Source: Elusimicrobiota bacterium (lineage in GTDB: Bacteria; Elusimicrobiota; Elusimicrobia; UBA1565; UBA9628). Taken from it: a DNA stretch of 64,000 bases. Positions 9,393 through 17,734 of this stretch are shown piece by piece. How positions within the stretch are numbered: the stretch's first letter is position 1; each line of letters opens with the position of its first letter. Position numbers and translations under genes: made by a program. Where the stretch lies: NCBI GenBank assembly GCA_023249675.1, contig JAHFCE010000006.1, positions 72,325 through 136,324 of the forward strand. The letters are read 5' to 3'. The notes under the pieces were generated by a model, which saw only the letters and a list, made by a program, of their open reading frames with translations, had not been told where the DNA came from and did no database searches.

Positions 9393-10980
9393 GGAAGCCG
9401 TGAAGAACACGAAGGCCCTCCGGCCCGTCGCCGCGAGCGTCGTCAAGCTACGCCAGGCCATCGAGAAGGCGTCCGCCGGCGGCGGAGCCGCCCGCCTCGA
9501 GGCCCAGAAATCTCGCGGCAAGTTCACGGCCCGCGAACGCATCCATTATCTTCTTGACGAAGATACGTTTCAAGAACTCGACCTCCTTGTCTCCACACGC
9601 GCGACGGATTTTGGCCTGAAGGACAAGGACATCCCCGGCGATGGGGTGATCACGGGCTTCGGCCAAATCAATGGAAATGAAGTGTGCGTCTACGCCCAGG
9701 ACTTCACCGTGCTCGGCGGTTCGCTCGGCCTCGCGCACGCCAAAAAAATCGCGAAGGTCATGGACCTCGCCTATGAGAACCGAGTGCCCGTCATCGGGCT
9801 CCTGGATTCCGGCGGAGCCAGAATCCAGGAGGGCGTGGACAGCCTCGATGGCTACGCCGAGATCTTCCAAAGAAACGTCAAATGTTCCGGGGTCATCCCT
9901 CAGATCTCCGTGATCCTCGGCCCGTGCGCCGGCGGCGCGGTCTATTCGCCCGCGCTCACCGACTACATTTTTATGGTCGAGGGCATTTCGCAGATGTTCG
10001 TGACCGGCCCCGACGTCGTCAAGGCCGCGACCGGCGAGGAGGTGACCTTGGACGGCCTCGGCGGGTCGGACGCTCATACGTCGAAGTCGGGCGTCTGCCA
10101 TTTCGTCGCGAAGTCCGAGCCCGACTGCTTCCGCCAGGTGCGCGAGCTACTGAGCTACCTGCCGCAGAACCGCTGGGAGAAGCCGCCGCGCATCGCCAAT
10201 CCCGATCCCATCCGCCGTCAGGTCCCTCTCATGGAGAAGATGTGCGACCTAGACCCGCGCAAGTCCTACCGGGTCCACCACATCGTCTGGCAAATCGCCG
10301 ATGAGCACAAGTTCTTCGAAGTGCAGGCCGGCTACGCGAAGAATATGGTCACCGGCTTCTGCCGCATGGGCGGCGAGGTCGTCGGCGTGGTCGCCAACAA
10401 CCCGGCGCATGTCGCGGGCGCGCTCGACATCAACGCGTCCGACAAGGCCGCGCGCTTCATCCGCTTCCTGAACGGTTTCAACATTCCCGTGCTGACCTTG
10501 GTCGACGTGCCCGGCTACTGGCCCGGCCTCCAGCAGGAGCACGGCGGCATCATCCGCCACGGCGCGAAGATCCTATTCGCCTACGCCGAGGCGACGGTTC
10601 CAAAAATCACCGTCATATTGAGAAAGGCGTACGGCGGCGCCTACATCGCGATGAGCTCCAAGCACCTGAAGGGAGATTTCAACTTCGCCCTGCCGTGCGC
10701 GGAGATCGCCGTCATGGGCCCGGCGGGCGCCATCGAGATCCTCTACTCGCGCGAGCTCGCGGCCTGCAAGACCGACGCGGACAAGGCCGTCCTGCGCGCG
10801 AAGCTCGCCTCGGAGTACGCGGCCAAGTTCGCCTCGCCGTACCAGACCGCCGCGACCGGATCCATCGATGAGGTCATCGAACCCTCGCAGATGCGCTACA
10901 AGATCGTGCGCGCCCTGCGCTTCCTCAAGGACAAGCGGGTGCCCGGAACACACGAGAACCGCGGCAATATCCCGCTCTAA
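9385..10980 (+). CDS. acyl-CoA carboxylase carboxyltransferase subunit (propionyl-CoA carboxylase beta / methylmalonyl-CoA carboxyltransferase family)
   Basis: 531 aa with two crotonase-like carboxyltransferase halves. Shows the family's typical conservation throughout. It overlaps the PPTase stop by 8 nt. Confidence 0.9.
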   Translation: MGKEAVKNTKALRPVAASVVKLRQAIEKASAGGGAARLEAQKSRGKFTARERIHYLLDEDTFQELDLLVSTRATDFGLKDKDIPGDGVITGFGQINGNEVCVYAQDFTVLGGSLGLAHAKKIAKVMDLAYENRVPVIGLLDSGGARIQEGVDSLDGYAEIFQRNVKCSGVIPQISVILGPCAGGAVYSPALTDYIFMVEGISQMFVTGPDVVKAATGEEVTLDGLGGSDAHTSKSGVCHFVAKSEPDCFRQVRELLSYLPQNRWEKPPRIANPDPIRRQVPLMEKMCDLDPRKSYRVHHIVWQIADEHKFFEVQAGYAKNMVTGFCRMGGEVVGVVANNPAHVAGALDINASDKAARFIRFLNGFNIPVLTLVDVPGYWPGLQQEHGGIIRHGAKILFAYAEATVPKITVILRKAYGGAYIAMSSKHLKGDFNFALPCAEIAVMGPAGAIEILYSRELAACKTDADKAVLRAKLASEYAAKFASPYQTAATGSIDEVIEPSQMRYKIVRALRFLKDKRVPGTHENRGNIPL

Positions 10981-11001
10981 GGCTTTGCTATACTCCTCCG
11001 G

Positions 11002-11688
11002 ATGATCAAGGCGCAGATTCTCGTCGTGGAAGACCAGGCCGCCACGGCCGATCTCATCCTCGAGGTGCTCGCAGGAGAGAACTACGAAGCCCAGGCCGTC
11101 GACACCTTGGCGAAGGCGCGCTCGCGCCTCAAAAAACAGCCTCCCGAGCTTCTACTCCTGGACCGCACCATGCCCGACGGCGACGGCGTCGATCTCCTGG
11201 CCGAAATTCGCGATGATGAAAAGCTCGCAGCGCTTCCCGTCATCATCCTGACCGCGAAAAAGGAGGTCGCCGACAAAGTCGCAGGCCTACGCGTGGGCGC
11301 TGACGACTACATCGCGAAGCCCTTCAACACGGAGGAACTCGTCGCGCGCGTCGCCGCGATCCTGCGGCGCACGGGTAAAAGCGAGGAGCCGACCATAGTC
11401 GAAGCCGGCGGCATCAAGCTCGACCTCGCATCGCGCAAGGTTCACCTCGATGGGAAGGAAGTCACGCTCTCCGCGAAAGAGTTCGACCTGCTCTGGTTCC
11501 TCGTCTACCGCAAGGGCCGCGTGCTGACGCGCGACTTCCTGCTGCAGCACGTCTGGGGCTACGAGTCCGGCCTCGACCTGACGACGAAGGTCATCGATGT
11601 GACCCTCTCCCACCTGCGCAACAAGATCGGCGCGACCGCCGACAAAATCGTCGCCGTCCGCGGCTTCGGCTACCGTTTCGACGCGTAA
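11002..11688 (+). CDS. OmpR/PhoB-family response regulator (receiver plus winged-helix)
   Basis: Receiver motifs (acidic pocket EDQ, LLLLDRTMPDGDG with the phospho-Asp, conserved T and K) and a C-terminal winged-helix ending RGFGYRFD. No cognate histidine kinase is adjacent. Confidence 0.9.
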   Translation: MIKAQILVVEDQAATADLILEVLAGENYEAQAVDTLAKARSRLKKQPPELLLLDRTMPDGDGVDLLAEIRDDEKLAALPVIILTAKKEVADKVAGLRVGADDYIAKPFNTEELVARVAAILRRTGKSEEPTIVEAGGIKLDLASRKVHLDGKEVTLSAKEFDLLWFLVYRKGRVLTRDFLLQHVWGYESGLDLTTKVIDVTLSHLRNKIGATADKIVAVRGFGYRFDA

Positions 11689-11700
11689 GCGCCGACGACC

Positions 11701-13311
11701 ATGACCGACATCAAGACGGAAGTCGCCCGCCGCCGAACCTTCGCGATCATCTCGCATCCCGACGCCGGCAAAACGACGCTGACGGAAAAGCTCCTGCTGT
11801 ACGGTGGCGCGCTTCAACTCGCCGGCTCGGTGACCGCGCGCAAGAATCAGAGCTCATCGGCGTCCGACTGGATGGAGCTCGAACGCAAACGCGGCATCTC
11901 GGTGAGCTCGACCGTGCTCCAGTTCGACTATGAAGGCGCGCGCATCAACCTCCTCGACACGCCGGGCCACAAGGACTTCTCCGAAGACACCTACCGCGTG
12001 CTGACCGCCGTCGACGCGGCCGTCATGGTCATCGACGCAGGCAAGGGCATAGAACCGCAGACGCTTAAACTCTTCGAGGTCTGCCGCCAGCGTGCCGTCC
12101 CGATCTTGACCTTCATGAATAAACTCGACCGGGAAGCGAGGGATCTTCTCGAGCTCGTGGATGAGATTGAGAACACTCTCCAGATTCACGCGTTCCCGGT
12201 CAATTGGCCGATGGGCGTCGGCCAGCGCTTCAAAGGGGTCTACGACCGTACAACTCAAGAAGCGCACCTCTACGAACGCACGGCGCGCGGCGCGTACAAG
12301 GCTCCGGTGCAGGTCGCCGGCATCGATGATCCTGAGGTCAAGGACGCGCTGGATGCGGACTCCTACAGCCATTTCGTCGAACAGATCGCTTTGCTCGACG
12401 CCGCCGGCGCCTCGTTCGACCGCGCCGATGCCTTAAAAGGCGGCACCACCCCCGTGTTCTTCGGCTCGGCGGTGAACAACTTCGGCGTCCAACTGCTCCT
12501 CAACGCTTTGCTCGCCGAGGCGCCGCCGCCGACCGCGCGCGACTCCGCCGCGGGCCTGATCTCGCCTGAGCGCGACTCGTTCTCCGGCTTCGTCTTCAAG
12601 ATTCAGGGCAACATGGACCCCAAGCACCGCGACCGCGTCGCGTTCGTCCGGGTCTGCTCCGGCCGGTTCACCCGGGACCTGTCCGTGACGCACAGCCGCA
12701 CCGGAAAGTCCTATCGCTTGGCCAATGCCCACAAAATCTTCGGCCGCGACCGCGAGATTATCACCGACGCGTACGCCGGCGACGTCATCGGCCTGGTGGG
12801 CTACTCCGATTTCGGCATCGGGGACACGCTCAGCGAGGACCCGAAGGTTGTCTATGATGAAATACCGCGTTTTGCCCCGGAATGTTTCGCACGTATCAGC
12901 AATCCGAACCCCGCGAAATACAAGCCCTTCGCCAAAGGCCTCGACCAGCTCCTGCGCGAGGGCGTCGTGCGCGCCTTGATCCCGCGCGACGCCGGCGACG
13001 CCAAGACGACCTTGCTCGCCGCGGTCGGCCCGCTCCAGTTCGAAGTCGCGCAATTCCGGCTTCAGTCCGAGTACGGCGTCGAGTCGCGCCTGGAGTCGAT
13101 GGCGTGGACGCTCGCGCGCTGGATCGGGCCGAACACGAGGCCGGGCGCGGTCGACGCGGCCGCCCTGCCGATGCAGTCCGCGCGCGTCAAGGATGAGGAA
13201 GGCAACGAAATGATCCTGTTCCCGACACCCTGGTCGCTGCAGTATCTCTCGGAAAAGCATCCCGAGATCGAGCTGCTGCGCCTGCCGCCCGCCAAGACTC
13301 CGAAACGCTGA
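11701..13311 (+). CDS. prfC: peptide chain release factor 3
   Basis: GTPase motifs AIISHPDAGKTT, DTPGH and NKLD are present. RF3-specific conservation continues through the C-terminal half. 536 aa. Confidence 0.93.
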   Translation: MTDIKTEVARRRTFAIISHPDAGKTTLTEKLLLYGGALQLAGSVTARKNQSSSASDWMELERKRGISVSSTVLQFDYEGARINLLDTPGHKDFSEDTYRVLTAVDAAVMVIDAGKGIEPQTLKLFEVCRQRAVPILTFMNKLDREARDLLELVDEIENTLQIHAFPVNWPMGVGQRFKGVYDRTTQEAHLYERTARGAYKAPVQVAGIDDPEVKDALDADSYSHFVEQIALLDAAGASFDRADALKGGTTPVFFGSAVNNFGVQLLLNALLAEAPPPTARDSAAGLISPERDSFSGFVFKIQGNMDPKHRDRVAFVRVCSGRFTRDLSVTHSRTGKSYRLANAHKIFGRDREIITDAYAGDVIGLVGYSDFGIGDTLSEDPKVVYDEIPRFAPECFARISNPNPAKYKPFAKGLDQLLREGVVRALIPRDAGDAKTTLLAAVGPLQFEVAQFRLQSEYGVESRLESMAWTLARWIGPNTRPGAVDAAALPMQSARVKDEEGNEMILFPTPWSLQYLSEKHPEIELLRLPPAKTPKR

Positions 13312-13312
13312 A

Positions 13313-13356
13313 CCCGCCCACGATCCTTGCGGAGAGTCGGGCGGCTATTTTTCGGG
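13313..13356. terminator. possible bidirectional rho-independent terminator between convergent prfC (+) and DUF192 (-) genes
   Basis: CCGCCC (13314-13319) pairs with GGGCGG (13339-13344), flanked by CTATTTTTCG on the plus strand. The GC stem is only 6 bp with a long loop, so this is weak. Confidence 0.25.
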
Positions 13357-13827
13357 GATCACGACCTCGAACTTCAAGACATCTCCGGCCTTCAGCTTGC
13401 GGCGCTTCGCCTCGCCCGCGGCGAGTTCGAGCACGTATTGCCCCCGGCCGCCCGCCGTCGCGACCTGATCGTCCGGAGTCGCCACGGTCGAGGACTTCAG
13501 GCGCTCGTGGATCACCGTGATCCTCTTATCGGCCCCGATCCAAAGGATATCAAGGGACACAAGCGTGTTCTTCATCCAGAAGTTCAGGAACATATCCTGC
13601 GGGAACACGAAGAGCATCCCGTAGTCATGCTTCATTTTCGTCACGCACATGAGCCCGACCTCGCGCGACATCGGCGTGTCGACGAGATCGATTTTGATCG
13701 TCTTGCCGTTGGGCATGGTCAAGGTCGTCTTCTTGGCGGCGGAAACGGCCTGAGGCGTACACTTCGCGGCGGCGCCGCGGGCAAGCGCCGGAAACGCGAG
13801 GGCGGCAGCCAGCAGAAACATTTTCAT
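13345..13827 (-). CDS. DUF192 (COG1430) domain secreted protein
   Basis: Signal peptide MKMFLLAAALAFPALARG, then the DUF192-typical core FVFPQDMFLNFWMKNTLVSLDILWI. The start ATG overlaps the stop of the upstream gene (ATGA). Confidence 0.75.
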   Translation of the reverse strand: MKMFLLAAALAFPALARGAAAKCTPQAVSAAKKTTLTMPNGKTIKIDLVDTPMSREVGLMCVTKMKHDYGMLFVFPQDMFLNFWMKNTLVSLDILWIGADKRITVIHERLKSSTVATPDDQVATAGGRGQYVLELAAGEAKRRKLKAGDVLKFEVVIPEK

Positions 13828-15431
13828 TGTATCTTCTCCGGATCCGGCTGTGATTTGACGAAACGCGAAATCTCGCGAGCCTCGTCGGCCCAACTGCGCG
13901 TGCCCCAAGGTCCGTGACGGCCCCACAGCAGCCGGGCCATGTCGTGAAAGAAGACCCCGCGCGCCGGACCGTCACCGTAGACGCCCGAGATCGCAGCCTT
14001 CAGGCGCCGGCCGAACTCGCCCGGACCGGCCTCGTCCTTCTGATGCAAAACCCAATCGAAGATATCTCCGGGCAGAACCTGGGCGTCGCCGTGTTTGATG
14101 TACTCGTGCCAGCTCTTCATCATCTCCGAATACTGGGGCTTGTCCGCCTCGTAGAACATGAGCGCGTCGATGTCCACGCCCGCGTCATTCATCATGACCG
14201 GATCCTGGCCATGGTGCCAGCCCTTGTCCCAGGTGAGAGTGAACGCCCACAGCGGCTTGCCGCCCAGGCGCGCCTTGATCTCCTTGACGATCAGCGCGGC
14301 GCGGCGCGCGCGCCACCACTCCCAGGCCTCGACGAACTCCCTATCGCGGCGCATGATCTTCTTGCGCGCGAGCCAGGTCATGCGCTCGTCGCGCGAGAGT
14401 TTGGGCCACTCGGGCGGAACGACGACCCCCGGCATCTCGGCGACGAAGTCGTCCACGAGCTCATAGCCGCCGAGCGCGTTGCGGATATAGTCGAGGCCGA
14501 CCCAGTCCACGTTCGGGTCGTCGGCGAAAGGCTTCAAAAAGGCGGCGACGTCGGCCAGCCGCTTCTTGTCGCGCAGGGAAACCGCGCGGGTGGCGACGGG
14601 CCGACCGTCTTTGATCTCAAGGCCGTACTCGTAACCCGGCAAAGCCTGGTTTGACATCGTCAAAGAAAACATCGCGTATACGCCGAACTGGAGGCCGCGC
14701 CTGCGGCACTCCTCGGCCACCTTGGGGATCAGCTTGAGGTTGGCGTCCATCCAGATCTCGCCCTTGCCGAGACCCGGCGTCTGCCCGCCGAGCATGAAGA
14801 ACGCATCGGCGCCGATGGACTTCGCCCAGTCGAGCAGACCGCGCCAATCCGTCGTCTTTCCATCCGGCCCTTTGACCCGCATCGCGGAGAGCGGCATCAC
14901 GCTCTCGAGCGTGGCGACGACGAAGCCCTGAGGCATCGGCTTGGGTTTGCGCCGCGCGATCTGAAACGCGGCCGTCTCCAGACGCTCATCGAGATCGGGC
15001 CTCCCCAGCAGGACGGGGCGGTAAGCGCCCGGCGGCGCGTTCCACGGCACCGGCCAGCGCGCCGTCCAAAAACCGGGAGCGACGCGGCGCGCAGTCATTT
15101 CCCGAATCCCCGCGATCGTCGTCACGATCTCGGTGCCGCGCATGACGACGAAGCGCGGCGGCACGGCTCGGAAAGACTCGTCCAAAGTGGGATCATGGGA
15201 AACGAGGGACAGCTCGACGATGTCGTAATGCAGGTGCTCGGACTTTGACGCGGACAGCCGCAGGACGCGGCTCTTCGCTCGGATACCCCACAATCCGAAA
15301 ACCACCGCGTACAACGCCGCGACGGATGCGAATAGGTAAATCCCGCGGCGAATGTGATCGCTCAGGCGCATGAGAGGGGGGATTCTACCGTTTTTTGATA
15401 TACTGCGACTCTCGAAAAGGCCACTCGACAA
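13824..15431 (-). CDS. hypothetical N-terminally membrane-anchored protein (Trp-rich, possibly glycoside-hydrolase-like)
   Basis: Long 535-aa ORF with one TM segment (IYLFASVAALYAVVFGLWGI). Globular Trp/Asp-rich sequence with no compositional junk. No family recognised with certainty. Confidence 0.6.
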   Translation of the reverse strand: MSSGLFESRSISKNGRIPPLMRLSDHIRRGIYLFASVAALYAVVFGLWGIRAKSRVLRLSASKSEHLHYDIVELSLVSHDPTLDESFRAVPPRFVVMRGTEIVTTIAGIREMTARRVAPGFWTARWPVPWNAPPGAYRPVLLGRPDLDERLETAAFQIARRKPKPMPQGFVVATLESVMPLSAMRVKGPDGKTTDWRGLLDWAKSIGADAFFMLGGQTPGLGKGEIWMDANLKLIPKVAEECRRRGLQFGVYAMFSLTMSNQALPGYEYGLEIKDGRPVATRAVSLRDKKRLADVAAFLKPFADDPNVDWVGLDYIRNALGGYELVDDFVAEMPGVVVPPEWPKLSRDERMTWLARKKIMRRDREFVEAWEWWRARRAALIVKEIKARLGGKPLWAFTLTWDKGWHHGQDPVMMNDAGVDIDALMFYEADKPQYSEMMKSWHEYIKHGDAQVLPGDIFDWVLHQKDEAGPGEFGRRLKAAISGVYGDGPARGVFFHDMARLLWGRHGPWGTRSWADEAREISRFVKSQPDPEKIQ

Positions 15432-15443
15432 GGAGGACGCGAC

Positions 15444-15677
15444 ATGGTGACCGGACTGGTGCTGGTGCGGCTGATGGCGGGCAAGGAGAAGGTCGCTTTG
15501 TCTCGCATCAAAGAGATCAAGGGCGTTTCACACGTCACCGCCGTGTTCGGCCGCTGGGACCTCGTGCTCGACATCGAAACCGAGGACGTCGGCACGCTGT
15601 CCAACGTCGTGGTGCGCGACATTCGCGCCACCCCCGGCGTGCTCTCCACCGAAAGCCTCGTCACGACCTCCATCTGA
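15444..15677 (+). CDS. Lrp/AsnC ligand-binding (RAM) domain stand-alone protein
   Basis: 77-aa protein matching the C-terminal effector domain pattern of AsnC-family regulators (VTAVFGRWDLVLDIETED...). It is immediately upstream of the peptide transport operon. Confidence 0.65.
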   Translation: MVTGLVLVRLMAGKEKVALSRIKEIKGVSHVTAVFGRWDLVLDIETEDVGTLSNVVVRDIRATPGVLSTESLVTTSI

Positions 15678-15688
15678 GTGATCATCCG

Positions 15689-16708
15689 GTGAGCGAGCCC
15701 GTCCTCTCCGTTCGCGGCCTGCGGACTCACTTCATCACGCGCGAGCGCACCGTTGTGGCGGTCGACGGGGTCAGCTACGACCTCCACCCCGGCAAGACGC
15801 TCGCCGTCGTCGGCGAGTCGGGCTCGGGGAAAAGCGTTCATGCGCTCTCGATCCTTCGACTGCTTCCTGAACCGCCGGCCAAAGTTGTGGGCGGAGAAAT
15901 ACTCTTCCAAGGCCGCGATCTGCTGAAGATGGGCGCTGAAGAGATGCGCAAGATCCGCGGCAACCGCATCGCGATGATCTTCCAGGAACCGATGACGAGC
16001 CTCAATCCCGTCTTGAAGGTCGGGGAGCAAATCGCCGAGGCCGTCGTCTTGCATCAGGGCCTCTCCCAGGAAAAAGCCTGGGCCAAGGCCGTAGGCCTCC
16101 TCAAGAAGGTCGGCATTCCGCATCCGGAAGAACGCGTGAATGACTACCCCCATCAATACTCCGGCGGCATGCGCCAGCGCGCGATGATCGCGATCGCGCT
16201 GTCCTGCGAGCCCGACGTCCTGATCGCCGATGAGCCAACAACGGCCCTCGACGTCACGATCCAGGCCCAGATCCTCGAGCTGATGAAGGACCTCCAGCGC
16301 GAGTACCGCATGGCGATCGTGCTCATCACGCACAACATCGGCGTCGTCGCCGAAATGGCCGACGATGTCGTCGTCATGTACGCCGGCCGCCCCGTGGAGA
16401 GCGCGCCCATCGGCGAACTGTTTAAAAACCCGAAGCATCCCTACACGAAGGGCCTGCTTGCCTCCGTGCCCTCCATCTATGAGCGCAAGGAACGCCTGGA
16501 GGCCATCTCCGGCCAGCCGCCCGACTTGAGCGGCGGCTTCACCGGCTGTCCGTTCGCGCCGAGATGCCCCCAGGCGATGAGTCGCTGCGGAACCGACGAT
16601 CCGCCCCAATTCCACCTTGCGGGCGAGCGCATGTCCAACTGCTGGCTGGTCGAAGACGAGACCAAGTCCAGTTCGCACCGCCACGCACCGTCCGGGGCGA
16701 TCCAGTGA
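15689..16708 (+). CDS. oppD: oligopeptide/dipeptide ABC transporter ATP-binding protein (OppD/DppD type)
   Basis: Walker [12 protein letters not shown] signature YSGGMRQR, Walker [11 protein letters not shown] and the C-terminal oligopeptide-ABC TOBE-like extension with Cys residues. Start chosen at GTG 15689; the longer ORF from 15395 overlaps the AsnC-like gene in another frame. Confidence 0.88.
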   Translation: MSEPVLSVRGLRTHFITRERTVVAVDGVSYDLHPGKTLAVVGESGSGKSVHALSILRLLPEPPAKVVGGEILFQGRDLLKMGAEEMRKIRGNRIAMIFQEPMTSLNPVLKVGEQIAEAVVLHQGLSQEKAWAKAVGLLKKVGIPHPEERVNDYPHQYSGGMRQRAMIAIALSCEPDVLIADEPTTALDVTIQAQILELMKDLQREYRMAIVLITHNIGVVAEMADDVVVMYAGRPVESAPIGELFKNPKHPYTKGLLASVPSIYERKERLEAISGQPPDLSGGFTGCPFAPRCPQAMSRCGTDDPPQFHLAGERMSNCWLVEDETKSSSHRHAPSGAIQ

Positions 16709-17721
16709 GCGTCACGCCGATCCTCGCGGTCAAGGACCTCAAGAAGCATTTCGACGCCCGCAAGGGCCTCTTCGGCGAAAAAACCACGGTCAAGGCCGTG
16801 GACGGCGTTTCCTTCAACGTGATGCCGCAGGAAAGCTTCGCCGTCGTCGGCGAGTCCGGCTGCGGCAAGACCACGCTCGGCAAGCTTGTCTTGGCGCTCG
16901 AGAAATCAAGCGAGGGCACGGTACACTTTGACGGCCAGGACATCTCCAAAATGAACGGCGCAGCGCTCAAAAAAATGCGCCGCGAGATGCAGGTGATCTT
17001 CCAGGACCCTTACTCAAGCTTAAATCCGCGCATGACGGTGTCGGACATCATCACGGAACCGTGGGTGATCCATGACATGTACCGAAACCATGCCGAGCGC
17101 GCCCAAAAACTCGCCAAGCTTCTCGACGATTGCGGCATTGCCAAGAGCTATCTGCCTCGGCATCCCCATGAATTCTCGGGCGGCCAACGGCAGCGCGTCG
17201 GCATCGCGCGAGCGTTGGCGCTCGACCCTAAACTCGTCGTGGCCGATGAACCCGTGTCCGCGCTCGACGTCTCGATCCAAGCGCAGATACTGAATCTGCT
17301 AAAAGATTTACAGAAAGAAAGAAAGTTGGCGTATCTCTTTATCTCTCACGATTTTTCCGTGGTCCGTCATTTATGCACCCGGATCGCCGTTATGTATTTG
17401 GGCCGTATTGTGGAAACGGCTGATTCCGAGACCTTGTTCAATGATCCCCAGCATCCATACACCGAGGCTTTATTGTCGGCGGTTCCGGTCCCCGACCCCT
17501 CCATCGAAAAGCGCCGCAAGCGCATCCTCTTGACCGGAGACGTGCCTTCGCCGCTGAAACCGCCGCCCGGCTGCCGCTTCCATCCGCGCTGCCGCTATAT
17601 GCGCGACGCCTGCAGGACTCACGACCAGGCCCTCATCGAAGCCAAATCCGGCCACGAAGCGGCCTGTGAAGTGCTCCCTTTTAAAGACGCACGCAGCGCT
17701 GCCGCACTCGTCGCCCTCTAG
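16705..17721 (+). CDS. oppF: oligopeptide/dipeptide ABC transporter ATP-binding protein (OppF/DppF type)
   Basis: Walker A GESGCGKTT, signature FSGGQRQRV and Walker B VADEPVSALD. GTG start overlapping the oppD stop (GTGA). Confidence 0.88.
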   Translation: MSVTPILAVKDLKKHFDARKGLFGEKTTVKAVDGVSFNVMPQESFAVVGESGCGKTTLGKLVLALEKSSEGTVHFDGQDISKMNGAALKKMRREMQVIFQDPYSSLNPRMTVSDIITEPWVIHDMYRNHAERAQKLAKLLDDCGIAKSYLPRHPHEFSGGQRQRVGIARALALDPKLVVADEPVSALDVSIQAQILNLLKDLQKERKLAYLFISHDFSVVRHLCTRIAVMYLGRIVETADSETLFNDPQHPYTEALLSAVPVPDPSIEKRRKRILLTGDVPSPLKPPPGCRFHPRCRYMRDACRTHDQALIEAKSGHEAACEVLPFKDARSAAALVAL

Positions 17722-17734
17722 GAGGGGGAATCCC

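Noticed and set aside
15395-15688. N-terminal extension of the oppD ORF back to 15395
   Set aside because: The extension is Arg/Gly-rich junk and overlaps the conserved AsnC-like gene in a different frame. The conserved ABC ATPase N-terminus begins at the GTG at 15689.
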